In this document: one piece after another, positions 18,398 to 26,088 of the stretch | How positions within the stretch are numbered: the first letter of the stretch is position 1 | How the letters are laid out: the number at the start of each line of letters is the position of its first letter | Source of the DNA: Candidatus Saccharimonadales bacterium | GTDB lineage: Bacteria; Patescibacteriota; Saccharimonadia; Saccharimonadales; 2-12-FULL-41-12 | Length of the DNA stretch: 64,000 nucleotides | Reading direction: 5' to 3' | NCBI GenBank assembly: GCA_036276755.1 | Contig: DASUOG010000028.1 | Span: 1,040-65,039, forward strand | Made by a program: the position numbers and the translations under genes | The notes under the pieces: generated by a model | Database searches by the model: none | What the model was told of the DNA's origin: nothing | Seen by the model: only the letters and a program-made list of their open reading frames with translations

Positions 18398-21220
18398 CTA
18401 CAATACCGGAGGCAGTGTGGTGATGTAGTCGTACGGCTGGCCGCCGGTTCCCTCTTCGAATTTGGTTTCATAATAGAGGTACACTTCGGGCGTGAAGTTG
18501 AAAATCTCAGCGGCATTGGTACCGGTGCCGGTATTGAAGTTCGGTGTCTCTCTTCTTACCGAATCCCTCAAGGAGTCGGCTACTCTTAGGAATTTGACGT
18601 CCTTCGCTACGAAAGCACCGTTGATAACCAGCTGGGTACGGCACCTGTTATAAAGGTTCGACGTCGGCACGGCGTGGGCGCCGCCTTCAGCACAGGTATA
18701 AATATTGCCCCCATCGGTATGATCCCTGGGCTGAGCTACGTACAAGCCGTCCAAACGAGTTACGTTCCTGTTGATATAAATATCCCCCTTGACTATTATC
18801 GTGAGGTATTCGCGGAAGGGGAAGGTTATATTACCGTTGATAACCACGTCTCCGCTGACAAACAGAGCGGCTTTTTTGTTGAAACTACCGCCGTTGATAG
18901 TCAGGTCGCCATTTTTGAACGATTGTTCTCCGTCAGGCAGACTGTTGATGTTGATAGTCGATCCGGATACCGTAGCGGCTCCGGCCTTTAGGTCGGAGTA
19001 AAAGTCATTAGAACATATGACCTGGCCGGCATAATTGCCACCGTCATTTGGCTCGTCTTCGCCTTGACTACCGGTAGTGCCGGCAGTATTGGCCAAACTT
19101 AGCCCGTGCGGCCAGATAGGCGCGGATATACGGACACTGGCACTGCCGAACCCGGATATCTGCTCAAACGCCAGTGCGGCGAACTGGACACCGGAACCGC
19201 CCTTGCCGGCTTCGGTGGAACGATAAGCCTTGATGCCTTGGCCGCTGCCATCGCTACTGCAGGTATCGCCCGTCCTAAAGCCTACGCCGGATATGACATC
19301 AGAGCCGTAAACATGCATATAAGGCCGGTCATAGACGTAACTACAATCAGTCATCGGCGGATAGTCGCTGTTCGTGTATCTGAATTCATTATTCGGTCCT
19401 ATCCAACCGGACGTTTCATACACAAAGAAAAACGTACAATATTCATCACCGGCTTGGTTCGGCATGGGATTGATACTCCTGTCATAGGGTACGGTTATCC
19501 GGTCATACCCGAAGTTAACCGTATGATGCGATTGTGTTGGTTGGCCATACCGTGTCTGGCGTGCGTCCGCGTCATAATGGACGTTGAAGCCATGAGGGTA
19601 GGCGGGGTCGGAGAAACTTGTATCGACACGGCCGATAAACCGCGCATTGTTAGGATCCTCCACCGTTGGCGACAACTGGACTTCCGCCGATGGAGTCAAG
19701 CTGAAATGCTTAAACGTTTTTACATTGGCATGGCAATCAGGCCCTATACGCTCCGCGTCGAAGTAGACGGGATGGAAGGTCCATGTTTCCTCCTTTATGC
19801 TCGATGGAGCCGGCACGGTAAAGGAGAACGGATATGGGATGCCTCCCGCATAGACCTGTTCATAATTAGTGCCGCGTACGACGCCATTCTGATCCTTGAC
19901 ACCCGGCCACCAAAGCGTCAGGTTGTCCGGTGGTGGGCTATCATTGTAGAAAACACCGCTGAAGTGCATGTTGCCACCGGCAATAATTAAACCGCCCGGC
20001 CCATCACCATGGACACTCATATCGCAGCGTGCCTGAAAACAGACAACCGTATCGTGGCGCACATCGGTTATCTTATTCCACGTCGGATTAGCTACACCAT
20101 CACCGGTATTGTCCCAAAAGGCTTCCACCGTTATATCTATCCTGATGGTATTGTTCTCCGGCTGGTACCACCATTTCTTGCCCGTTTTTACGTCAGTATC
20201 ATCCTCACCCCCCGAACTGGGCACAAATTGATCTATGTTGCCATACGTCCCCCCGGGGTTGGGATCCGGATTCTCGATGTTGTTATATACATCATAGTTA
20301 GGACCGGCCCCGCCATTCTTATTGACGGTTATGTCTTGGATCACTACGTGTGTTCTCTTGCGATTACCTCCTGCTGTGCTGGTGTTCTCTATGAACGCAT
20401 TCGTACAATCGGCTTCAACCTGCCTCCTACATTGTGGCATGTGGGGATTAGTAACACAGTTTGGCGGCGGATCATTCGGTTCCCATATCAGGTTAATCCG
20501 GGCATTCTGGCCGTTTACAACGCTGAACGCATTGCTATAGTTCATAGGAAAGGCTCTCTCTTGAAGTGATCCACCGCCTGTAGATAGCTTTATTTTCCAC
20601 TCTCCGCCATATGCACCGTCAATGCCACCCGGCGTGGTTATGCTATCGATCCAGAACTGATTGTTGCGTCTATGTCCACTGGTATCGACTTCTTGGCAAT
20701 CCAAGAAAAATCCATTGCCTTTATTTTCTTCAGTCCCGGGACCTATCTCATCCCAGCCAGGGCAGCTGCCCGTAGGCGAGCTAAGGGTCCCTCCCGTATG
20801 GAACCATCTATTGTCAAATCGGCCGCTGCCAAGAGGGTACTTAAATATCCTTGCGCCTGGCCATAGGTTGGCCGGAGCGTCATATTGAGCCGGCGGCGAA
20901 CCGTAACTATAACTACGATTAACGTCGGAGTTAAGTCGATAACCGACATTCAGCTCTTTGCCACTATCCGCATTATACGCGTACACGGCTACGCTGGCGA
21001 AGTCATGCTCGATGCCGCCGTTTTGCATACCCCAATTTCCAGGCACTGTCGCAGAAGCGGAGGTGGCGGGACATTGTAACCCTGCAGCAGAAACTTTGCC
21101 GGCGCCATGAAATAATGCCACGCCCAGAAAAACGACGGCTACGACCGCCAATTTCGCTGTGAAACTAAAAATTATGTTCGATGTATTATTATAGTTGTTC
21201 TTGCGTTTTAGTTTTAGCAT
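18398..21220 (-). CDS. large secreted protein of unknown function heading the pilus block (C-terminal beta-helix-like repeats)
   Basis: 940-aa ORF. N-terminal signal/anchor (FTAKLAVVAVVFLGVALFHGAGKVSAAG). Gly/Asn/Pro/aromatic-rich. C-terminus has short repeats (GDLTINGGSF..., SGDVVINGNITF, VKGDIYINRNVT) resembling polymer-forming/bactofilin-type beta-helix turns. Confidence 0.7.
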   Translation of the reverse strand: MLKLKRKNNYNNTSNIIFSFTAKLAVVAVVFLGVALFHGAGKVSAAGLQCPATSASATVPGNWGMQNGGIEHDFASVAVYAYNADSGKELNVGYRLNSDVNRSYSYGSPPAQYDAPANLWPGARIFKYPLGSGRFDNRWFHTGGTLSSPTGSCPGWDEIGPGTEENKGNGFFLDCQEVDTSGHRRNNQFWIDSITTPGGIDGAYGGEWKIKLSTGGGSLQERAFPMNYSNAFSVVNGQNARINLIWEPNDPPPNCVTNPHMPQCRRQVEADCTNAFIENTSTAGGNRKRTHVVIQDITVNKNGGAGPNYDVYNNIENPDPNPGGTYGNIDQFVPSSGGEDDTDVKTGKKWWYQPENNTIRIDITVEAFWDNTGDGVANPTWNKITDVRHDTVVCFQARCDMSVHGDGPGGLIIAGGNMHFSGVFYNDSPPPDNLTLWWPGVKDQNGVVRGTNYEQVYAGGIPYPFSFTVPAPSSIKEETWTFHPVYFDAERIGPDCHANVKTFKHFSLTPSAEVQLSPTVEDPNNARFIGRVDTSFSDPAYPHGFNVHYDADARQTRYGQPTQSHHTVNFGYDRITVPYDRSINPMPNQAGDEYCTFFFVYETSGWIGPNNEFRYTNSDYPPMTDCSYVYDRPYMHVYGSDVISGVGFRTGDTCSSDGSGQGIKAYRSTEAGKGGSGVQFAALAFEQISGFGSASVRISAPIWPHGLSLANTAGTTGSQGEDEPNDGGNYAGQVICSNDFYSDLKAGAATVSGSTININSLPDGEQSFKNGDLTINGGSFNKKAALFVSGDVVINGNITFPFREYLTIIVKGDIYINRNVTRLDGLYVAQPRDHTDGGNIYTCAEGGAHAVPTSNLYNRCRTQLVINGAFVAKDVKFLRVADSLRDSVRRETPNFNTGTGTNAAEIFNFTPEVYLYYETKFEEGTGGQPYDYITTLPPVL

Positions 21221-21228
21221 GCTATAGC

Positions 21229-21280
21229 TCTAATGCTTATCTAAGCATAGATTGTAGCATGGATAGATGGCTATTCAACC
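21229..21280 (-). promoter_or_regulatory. promoter module type 2: TTGAAT-N16-TACAAT followed by palindrome ATGCTTA-TC-TAAGCAT (copy 1, drives the 940-aa gene)
   Basis: -35 at 21273-21278, -10 at 21251-21256 (TGCTACAAT context), palindrome at 21233-21248 over the expected +1. The 52-nt block is repeated with 1 mismatch at 23261-23312. Confidence 0.55.
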
Positions 21281-21303
21281 ATTAATTAGTAGGGAATAAA
21301 GCT

Positions 21304-22242
21304 TTAGCAGGCTCTTCTAACCCCGCCGCCTAGGACTGGGTTAATTTTATCTACTGGGTCAATTCTTACGAAAACTCTATAAGATTTTGTACCTAAGGTA
21401 TGGCCGTCTATAGCACTGTTTACCTTAAGTCGGTATACAGACTGTACGCGTGTTACGCCTTTGCCAGGAGTGCAGCGATATAGAAGTTTTTTATTTTTAT
21501 CTCCATTATATTTACTAAACCACGCTGAACCTCCCTGTCCTCCGTTACCGTCAATCGGTAAGTTATTATGTTCAAGAAGTTTGGTTTTAGATCTAAACCA
21601 CTTTTTATGATTACGCGGATTTTGGACTTTAATGAACACTTTGGGTGTTTCTCGTGCGATTAATGGACTACAGGTTTCCGAAACTGGATTTAATCTAGCA
21701 AAAACACTTACTTCTTGTTTCCTTCTATCTCCTGGGAAAATCATAACAGCTTCATTTTTCCGCTTCGGTTTCCTAAGCGCAGCCTTCACACAATCCTGTT
21801 GCAGGTCGCTGGCAGTGGCATTGGTAACCGCCGCGCCGGGAGCAGTTACGGGTTGGTCGGAAGCGTTACTTTCGCCGGAAGCGGAAGCAGGCATAGAAGC
21901 CAGTAGTGCCAGCGAGGCAGCGGTACCGGTAGCCAGCATACCTACGCGGCTGCGCTTGGCCGCAAGCAGCGTGTTTTTGCCCCAGCTTTTTAGCTTTTCG
22001 GTCATGGCCGGAGTATGTTGCTCAGTAAAAGAAGCTGTCGATTCGGTAGGTTGGTCGGGCAATGTTCCTGCAGTTTCCCCGACGCCCTGCAAGTCAGGGT
22101 TGTACGGCTCGAACCTTTGGGCAGGTTCCTGACATGATTCTGCTGGTGGAACCATTATTCTCTCAAGCACGGCTTCGGCCGAAGGCATAGTTCCTTGGCC
22201 TTTCAACATTTCACCTTGTTCGGGTGTCGCTATAGCTCCCAT
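21304..22242 (-). CDS. secreted Cys-containing protein, paralog A (unknown function)
   Basis: Internal hydrophobic signal-like segment (GMLATGTAASLALLASMPASASG). The C-terminal roughly 170 aa is clearly homologous to 23334-24098 (DLQQDCVKAAL.KPK, QNP.NHKKWF, KKLLYRCTPGKGVTRV.SVYRLKV, C-terminal Cys). GGAG RBS. Confidence 0.7.
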   Translation of the reverse strand: MGAIATPEQGEMLKGQGTMPSAEAVLERIMVPPAESCQEPAQRFEPYNPDLQGVGETAGTLPDQPTESTASFTEQHTPAMTEKLKSWGKNTLLAAKRSRVGMLATGTAASLALLASMPASASGESNASDQPVTAPGAAVTNATASDLQQDCVKAALRKPKRKNEAVMIFPGDRRKQEVSVFARLNPVSETCSPLIARETPKVFIKVQNPRNHKKWFRSKTKLLEHNNLPIDGNGGQGGSAWFSKYNGDKNKKLLYRCTPGKGVTRVQSVYRLKVNSAIDGHTLGTKSYRVFVRIDPVDKINPVLGGGVRRAC

Positions 22243-22264
22243 AATTGCTCCAAGTTATAAAGAT

Positions 22265-22293
22265 ATATTACCAGAAAAACTAAGAATAAGCAA
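22265..22293 (-). promoter_or_regulatory. promoter module type 1: TTGCTT-N17-TAATAT (drives paralog A)
   Basis: The minus strand reads acTTGCTTattcttagtttttctggTAATATatctttataacttGGAGcaattATG. The same architecture is reused at 24125-24153 and 24962-24990. Confidence 0.55.
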
Positions 22294-22308
22294 GTACTTT
22301 GTTGTTAT

Positions 22309-23253
22309 TTAAACGTAAACTTTATAGCCCAGGCGTTGCTTGGCTTGGTCCAGATACTGGGTAAAATCCATGCCTGTATAACTACCGGATGTCTGATCCA
22401 TCTTTACAACCAAGTAATATGATTCGGCGGTACTGTCACCTTCTAGAGAATTAGACACGCGCACTACGAAAGGCTTGGTAATCTCGCCGGCCTTTATGTT
22501 ATTGATCTTTTGGCGAATGGAAGCGACATTAAACACAGGTTGAGGCCTTAGGGATGTATCGAACGAACCCGAATGCGACAGCGAAGTATAGGCCTCCTTG
22601 CCAAGCCTGGGGTCGGCATGTTCCATCTTAATCGCCTGGTCAAAAGTTATCTCACCCGAAGTTATCTTGTTATATAAATCTGTAATAAAATCTTTGGCGT
22701 ATTTCTTATCCTTGGCTATAGCCTTGGGGTCGCCTAACAGCGGGTCTCTTTCTTTGTCTTCCGGCAGCGCCGGTTCGTATGCGACATGATTGCTAAAATT
22801 AGCCACCAGCATCTTGCCTTTGTAAACCCCGTTATTATGAGCCTGTAATTTTGAAAGATAGAGCTGGTTCAGCTTATTCTGGTAAGCGTATTTATAATCA
22901 GTTTTTTGTTTCAGCGTATCTTTGTCATAGCTAGCGGCAAGCTCTTTGTCGGTTACCGTTATCCCCCGCTCTTTGGCTAGCGCTTCCACCAGATATTTGT
23001 CCGCAAGCACGGTAGCCGCATCGTGTTCGCTTATATCCTTGCGCTGTCCGATCAGATCGTCTATTTCCTTCTTATATATCTTATGGCCGGCGGCCTCGGC
23101 ATAAACCTTCTCGCCCTTGCGCACTCCGTCATCGATCAATAGTGCCCATGCGGCAAAACCTAGCGCGATAATTAATAACAGACTAAGTGCTTGGACTTTG
23201 CGATTCTTAAAGTCTGGTTTTTTCAGGCCTGACGGACGTTTTAGTTTGAACAT
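22309..23253 (-). CDS. membrane-anchored SurA-N-like chaperone domain protein
   Basis: N-terminal TM (ALSLLLIIALGFAAWALLI), then a SurA N-terminal-like helical region (KIYKKEIDDLIG...YLVEALAKERGITVTDKEL). No clear parvulin domain. Confidence 0.55.
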   Translation of the reverse strand: MFKLKRPSGLKKPDFKNRKVQALSLLLIIALGFAAWALLIDDGVRKGEKVYAEAAGHKIYKKEIDDLIGQRKDISEHDAATVLADKYLVEALAKERGITVTDKELAASYDKDTLKQKTDYKYAYQNKLNQLYLSKLQAHNNGVYKGKMLVANFSNHVAYEPALPEDKERDPLLGDPKAIAKDKKYAKDFITDLYNKITSGEITFDQAIKMEHADPRLGKEAYTSLSHSGSFDTSLRPQPVFNVASIRQKINNIKAGEITKPFVVRVSNSLEGDSTAESYYLVVKMDQTSGSYTGMDFTQYLDQAKQRLGYKVYV

Positions 23254-23260
23254 GCTTTAT

Positions 23261-23312
23261 TCTAATGCTTATCTAAGCATAGATTGTAGCATGGATAGAT
23301 AGCTATTCAACC
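23261..23312 (-). promoter_or_regulatory. promoter module type 2, copy 2 (drives the SurA-like gene)
   Basis: -35 at 23305-23310, -10 at 23283-23288, palindrome ATGCTTATCTAAGCAT at 23265-23280. Confidence 0.55.
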
Positions 23313-23333
23313 GATATCGTGAAAGCTTAATTT

Positions 23334-24098
23334 CTAGCAGGGACCTTTAACTCCGCCATTCAGAACTGCTTTACCTGGTAACGGTCTTATTTTGACAGGC
23401 ACAGTATATGACTTCCGACCTAAGGTACGTCCATCTACGCTACTGGCTACTTTCAGTCTGTAAACAGACTTTACGCGTGTTACACCTTTGCCAGGAGTAC
23501 AGCGGTAGAGGAGTTTTTTGTTTTTTAATGTGATGTTTCTATCATTTCTATATGCGCCAAGGTCTACACCACCAATACCGCCTTTATTGCCAATTGGTAG
23601 ATAATCAACAATGTCTTTAAGTACTTGCGGTTTGGTTTTAAACCACTTCTTATGATTATTTGGGTTCTGAATCTTAAAAATCAGCGTGGGAGTTTTCCTA
23701 GTTACTACAGAGAGACAGGCTTCGGCAGTCGGCTCGAATTCCCCTCGAGCTTGCATAAGTTGCTGTTGATTGTTGCCGGGATAAGTCATACCGGAAAATC
23801 GTATTTTTGGCTTCTTTAAAGCAGCTTTCACACAATCCTGTTGCAGGTCGCTCGTAGTAGCGTCGGATAAAGAATGTTCAACCACTTGGCTTGTCGCAAC
23901 TGAAGCCGGAGCGGAAAACGACTCTATGTTCCTGGCAGGCGCCTCATTGAACGCGGCAAGCGCCGCCTTTTCAGTATCAGCCGAGTCTTCATTAGCCAAT
24001 GCATTACCTGCAGGCAAGAAAAAAGCTGCACTTGCTAACAAAGCAATGCCTTTACCTAATCTTCTTTGGGTTGGATCAACTTCACCTGCTGGAAGCAT
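23334..24098 (-). CDS. secreted Cys-containing protein, paralog B (start re-assigned to ATG 24098)
   Basis: The track ORF starts at 24182 but would then overlap the GNAT stop and its own promoter. ATG at 24098 (MLPAGEVDPTQRRLGKGIALLASAAFFLPAGNALA) has GGAG 9 nt upstream. The C-terminal domain is homologous to 21304-22242. Confidence 0.65.
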   Translation of the reverse strand: MLPAGEVDPTQRRLGKGIALLASAAFFLPAGNALANEDSADTEKAALAAFNEAPARNIESFSAPASVATSQVVEHSLSDATTSDLQQDCVKAALKKPKIRFSGMTYPGNNQQQLMQARGEFEPTAEACLSVVTRKTPTLIFKIQNPNNHKKWFKTKPQVLKDIVDYLPIGNKGGIGGVDLGAYRNDRNITLKNKKLLYRCTPGKGVTRVKSVYRLKVASSVDGRTLGRKSYTVPVKIRPLPGKAVLNGGVKGPC

Positions 24099-24124
24099 AT
24101 TTAAAAACTCCGAATTATAAAGAT

Positions 24125-24153
24125 ATATTACCAGATTTATGATTATTTTGCAA
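24125..24153 (-). promoter_or_regulatory. promoter module type 1 variant: TTGCAA-N17-TAATAT (drives paralog B)
   Basis: The minus strand reads TTGCAAaataatcataaatctggTAATATatctttataattcGGAG. The -10 and 5'UTR are nearly identical to the module at 22265-22293. Confidence 0.5.
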
Positions 24154-24157
24154 AGTC

Positions 24158-24937
24158 CTACTCGGGCTGGGGTTCGCGCCACATAAAGTGCAGATCTTCG
24201 GTAGCGCCCATATAACGGCCCCAGGCAATGACCTCAAAGCCGTTGCGCTCATAAAGCGGTATGCTTTGAGGCGTGGATGCTTCCAAATAGGCCGCTTCGC
24301 CTTTGGCGTCGCATTCATCCAGGACAACCTTCATCAATGCGTCGCCCCAGCCCATACCTTGCCAATCGGGACTAAGCCCTACCATTGCCAAGTATCTGTG
24401 CAATCTCCACCGATGTTCGATTTCTCCATGCTTATCTTCTGTAAAATCTAGAACACGCCGCAAACGAGCAGCTTCCGCGGGAGTTATTACACCTATTAAT
24501 GACTTTGCTATACGCGCCATGGTAGCTAAACTGGCCTTCCAATTGCCTTGGTCGGTCCAGGCAGCGGCGCCGGATCGTTGTTCGTTGGTATGTACGACGC
24601 CATTCGGCAGCCATTCATGTTTGATGAAGCTTAAAATACCATGCCCCAGCCGTGACAGTTTTTTATCTTCGTCCCTGATCATATAGGAAAAGTGCGGGTC
24701 ATGCTCAAAGGCTTCGGCAAGCGACTGAGCCACCTGAGGTAATTCCTCGGCTGTAACTACATGGATGCCGTTGTCACTGTCAGGCGCCGGTCTGTCCTCC
24801 GACCCTGGAGGCGGCACCATATCAGCAAGCATCGACGGCGACGGATCAATAAGGTTGCCGGCCTTTACGCTAAGGTCGTGCGCCATGACTTCAAAACTTG
24901 GAGGGATTTTCTCCCTTGCGGCTTCCAATATAGGCAA
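24158..24937 (-). CDS. GNAT-family N-acetyltransferase
   Basis: Acetyl-CoA-binding region YLAMVGLSPDWQGMGWGDALMKVVLDECD, then YLEASTPQSIPLYERNGFEV. TTG start with GGAG 8 nt upstream. Confidence 0.8.
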   Translation of the reverse strand: MPILEAAREKIPPSFEVMAHDLSVKAGNLIDPSPSMLADMVPPPGSEDRPAPDSDNGIHVVTAEELPQVAQSLAEAFEHDPHFSYMIRDEDKKLSRLGHGILSFIKHEWLPNGVVHTNEQRSGAAAWTDQGNWKASLATMARIAKSLIGVITPAEAARLRRVLDFTEDKHGEIEHRWRLHRYLAMVGLSPDWQGMGWGDALMKVVLDECDAKGEAAYLEASTPQSIPLYERNGFEVIAWGRYMGATEDLHFMWREPQPE

Positions 24938-24961
24938 ACTTGAATCTCCGTAATTATTTAT

Positions 24962-24990
24962 ATATTACCATAATCAGTAAGAATAAGCAA
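24962..24990 (-). promoter_or_regulatory. promoter module type 1: TTGCTT-N17-TAATAT (drives the GNAT gene)
   Basis: The minus strand reads acTTGCTTattcttactgattatggTAATAT. The -35 half (acTTGCTTattctta) is identical to the module at 22288. Confidence 0.5.
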
Positions 24991-25031
24991 GTTACCGCCC
25001 TCTGCTTGTGCCGCAAAAAGTTATCCGGAGC

Positions 25032-25151
25032 CTAGGTCTGGCCGCGGTAAAAAAGAAATAAAGCGACAAGAATGCATATAGATACAATTACGACCAACAG
25101 TTCCAGCAAGGTATAACCGGCTTGTCCGTTGGGTAGCTTAGGATGTCTCAT
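25032..25151 (-). CDS. 39-aa stand-alone prepilin N-terminal domain peptide (mini-pilin or pilin gene remnant)
   Basis: Not in the ORF track (below 60 aa). MRHPKLPNGQAG|YTLLELLVVIVSICILVALFLFYRGQT*: class III signal with Gly at -1 and Glu at +5, then only the hydrophobic alpha1 helix. TGCTATCAT box 11 nt upstream. Confidence 0.4.
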   Translation of the reverse strand: MRHPKLPNGQAGYTLLELLVVIVSICILVALFLFYRGQT

Positions 25152-25241
25152 CTTTAGCAAATATGATAGCACCGTTTATATAATTATGTTACGGCTTAAG
25201 CGTTTTTGCTATACTTAAAACAATTACAGGAAAAGCCAAAT

Positions 25242-26087
25242 ATGGAAACAAACAAACAAACAAAAACAGGTTTGGCCAAGTATTTGCCGATCTGGATGGC
25301 TATCTTGCTGTTGTTGGTTATTTTTCTCGCCCCTACGGTCGGTGCGCTTACTACCCTATCCCAGGGCTACTACTCTAACGATAAGGTCGCCTTAGGCTCT
25401 ATCGTCAGCCTTAAGAGCAAGTCGTCCGATCAAGTGGTAGCGTCGACAAATTCCACTTCTGACAGCATGCTGGGAGTCATCATAGATAACGGGAATTCCC
25501 TGCTGTCGCTCAAGAGCGGCAAGGACGAGCAGGTCCAGGTAGCGACAAACGGGACGGTGCAAGTATCGGTTTCCGATATTAACGGGGAGATAAATAAGGG
25601 GGATCACATCACTGCCTCTCCGATCAAAGGCGTGGGCATGAAAGCGACCGGTAACACCAAGGTCATCGGCATAGCCCAGGACAATCTTTCTGAAAACGAA
25701 TCAAGTCAACAGACCTATACAGATAAAGGCGGTGAGCAAAAGATCATAAAACTCGGTCAGGTGCCGGTTATAGTAAATGTCTCTTATTACTACAAACAGC
25801 CCGACAAGACATTGATACCTTCCGCCATTCAGAATATCGCCAACGCCCTAGCCGGCAAACAGGTAAACGCTACGCCCATCCTCATCAGCGCGGGAATTTT
25901 CATAATCACTCTCATCGTAGTCGTCAGCATCGTTTATTCAATGATCCACAGTAGCATCATTTCGGTCGGTCGTAATCCGATGTCCCAAAAGGCCATATAC
26001 CGCGATCTTATACAATTATCAGTACTGGTTATGGTTATACTTGTAGTAGCCTTAATATCAATATATATGGTACTTACGAAGTTTTGA
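25242..26087 (+). CDS. membrane protein: N-terminal TM, extracytoplasmic beta-rich domain, C-terminal two-helix hairpin; first gene of the ATP synthase operon
   Basis: ATG at 25242 (METNKQTK) with an AGGA-like RBS; the track lists an upstream TTG at 25206. Its stop lies 1 nt before the b-like gene. The C-terminal hairpin is ...IFIITLIVVVSIVYSMIHSSIISVGRNPMSQKAIYRDLIQLSVLVMVILVVALISIYMVL. Confidence 0.6.
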   Translation: METNKQTKTGLAKYLPIWMAILLLLVIFLAPTVGALTTLSQGYYSNDKVALGSIVSLKSKSSDQVVASTNSTSDSMLGVIIDNGNSLLSLKSGKDEQVQVATNGTVQVSVSDINGEINKGDHITASPIKGVGMKATGNTKVIGIAQDNLSENESSQQTYTDKGGEQKIIKLGQVPVIVNVSYYYKQPDKTLIPSAIQNIANALAGKQVNATPILISAGIFIITLIVVVSIVYSMIHSSIISVGRNPMSQKAIYRDLIQLSVLVMVILVVALISIYMVLTKF

Positions 26088-26088
26088 C

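Noticed and set aside
19106-19990. 294-aa ORF (also 20009-20569, 186 aa) on the plus strand inside the 940-aa gene
   Set aside because: Both are fully antisense to a longer ORF that has a signal peptide, a promoter and operon context. They have Arg/Ile-rich odd composition and no RBS. Long shadow ORFs of this kind are expected opposite a long stop-free coding frame.
23990-24098. Twin-arginine (Tat) signal in paralog B (TQRRLGKGIALL)
   Set aside because: The motif matches only partially (no F-L-K). Paralog A has KRSRVGML instead. No tat genes are in the window, and Tat is often absent in reduced genomes.
24099-24182. N-terminal 28 codons of the track ORF 23334-24182 (and ORF 24115-24327)
   Set aside because: This region contains the paralog's own TTGCAA-N17-TAATAT promoter and GGAG RBS and overlaps the GNAT stop. 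ATG 24098 fits the signals and the paralog alignment.
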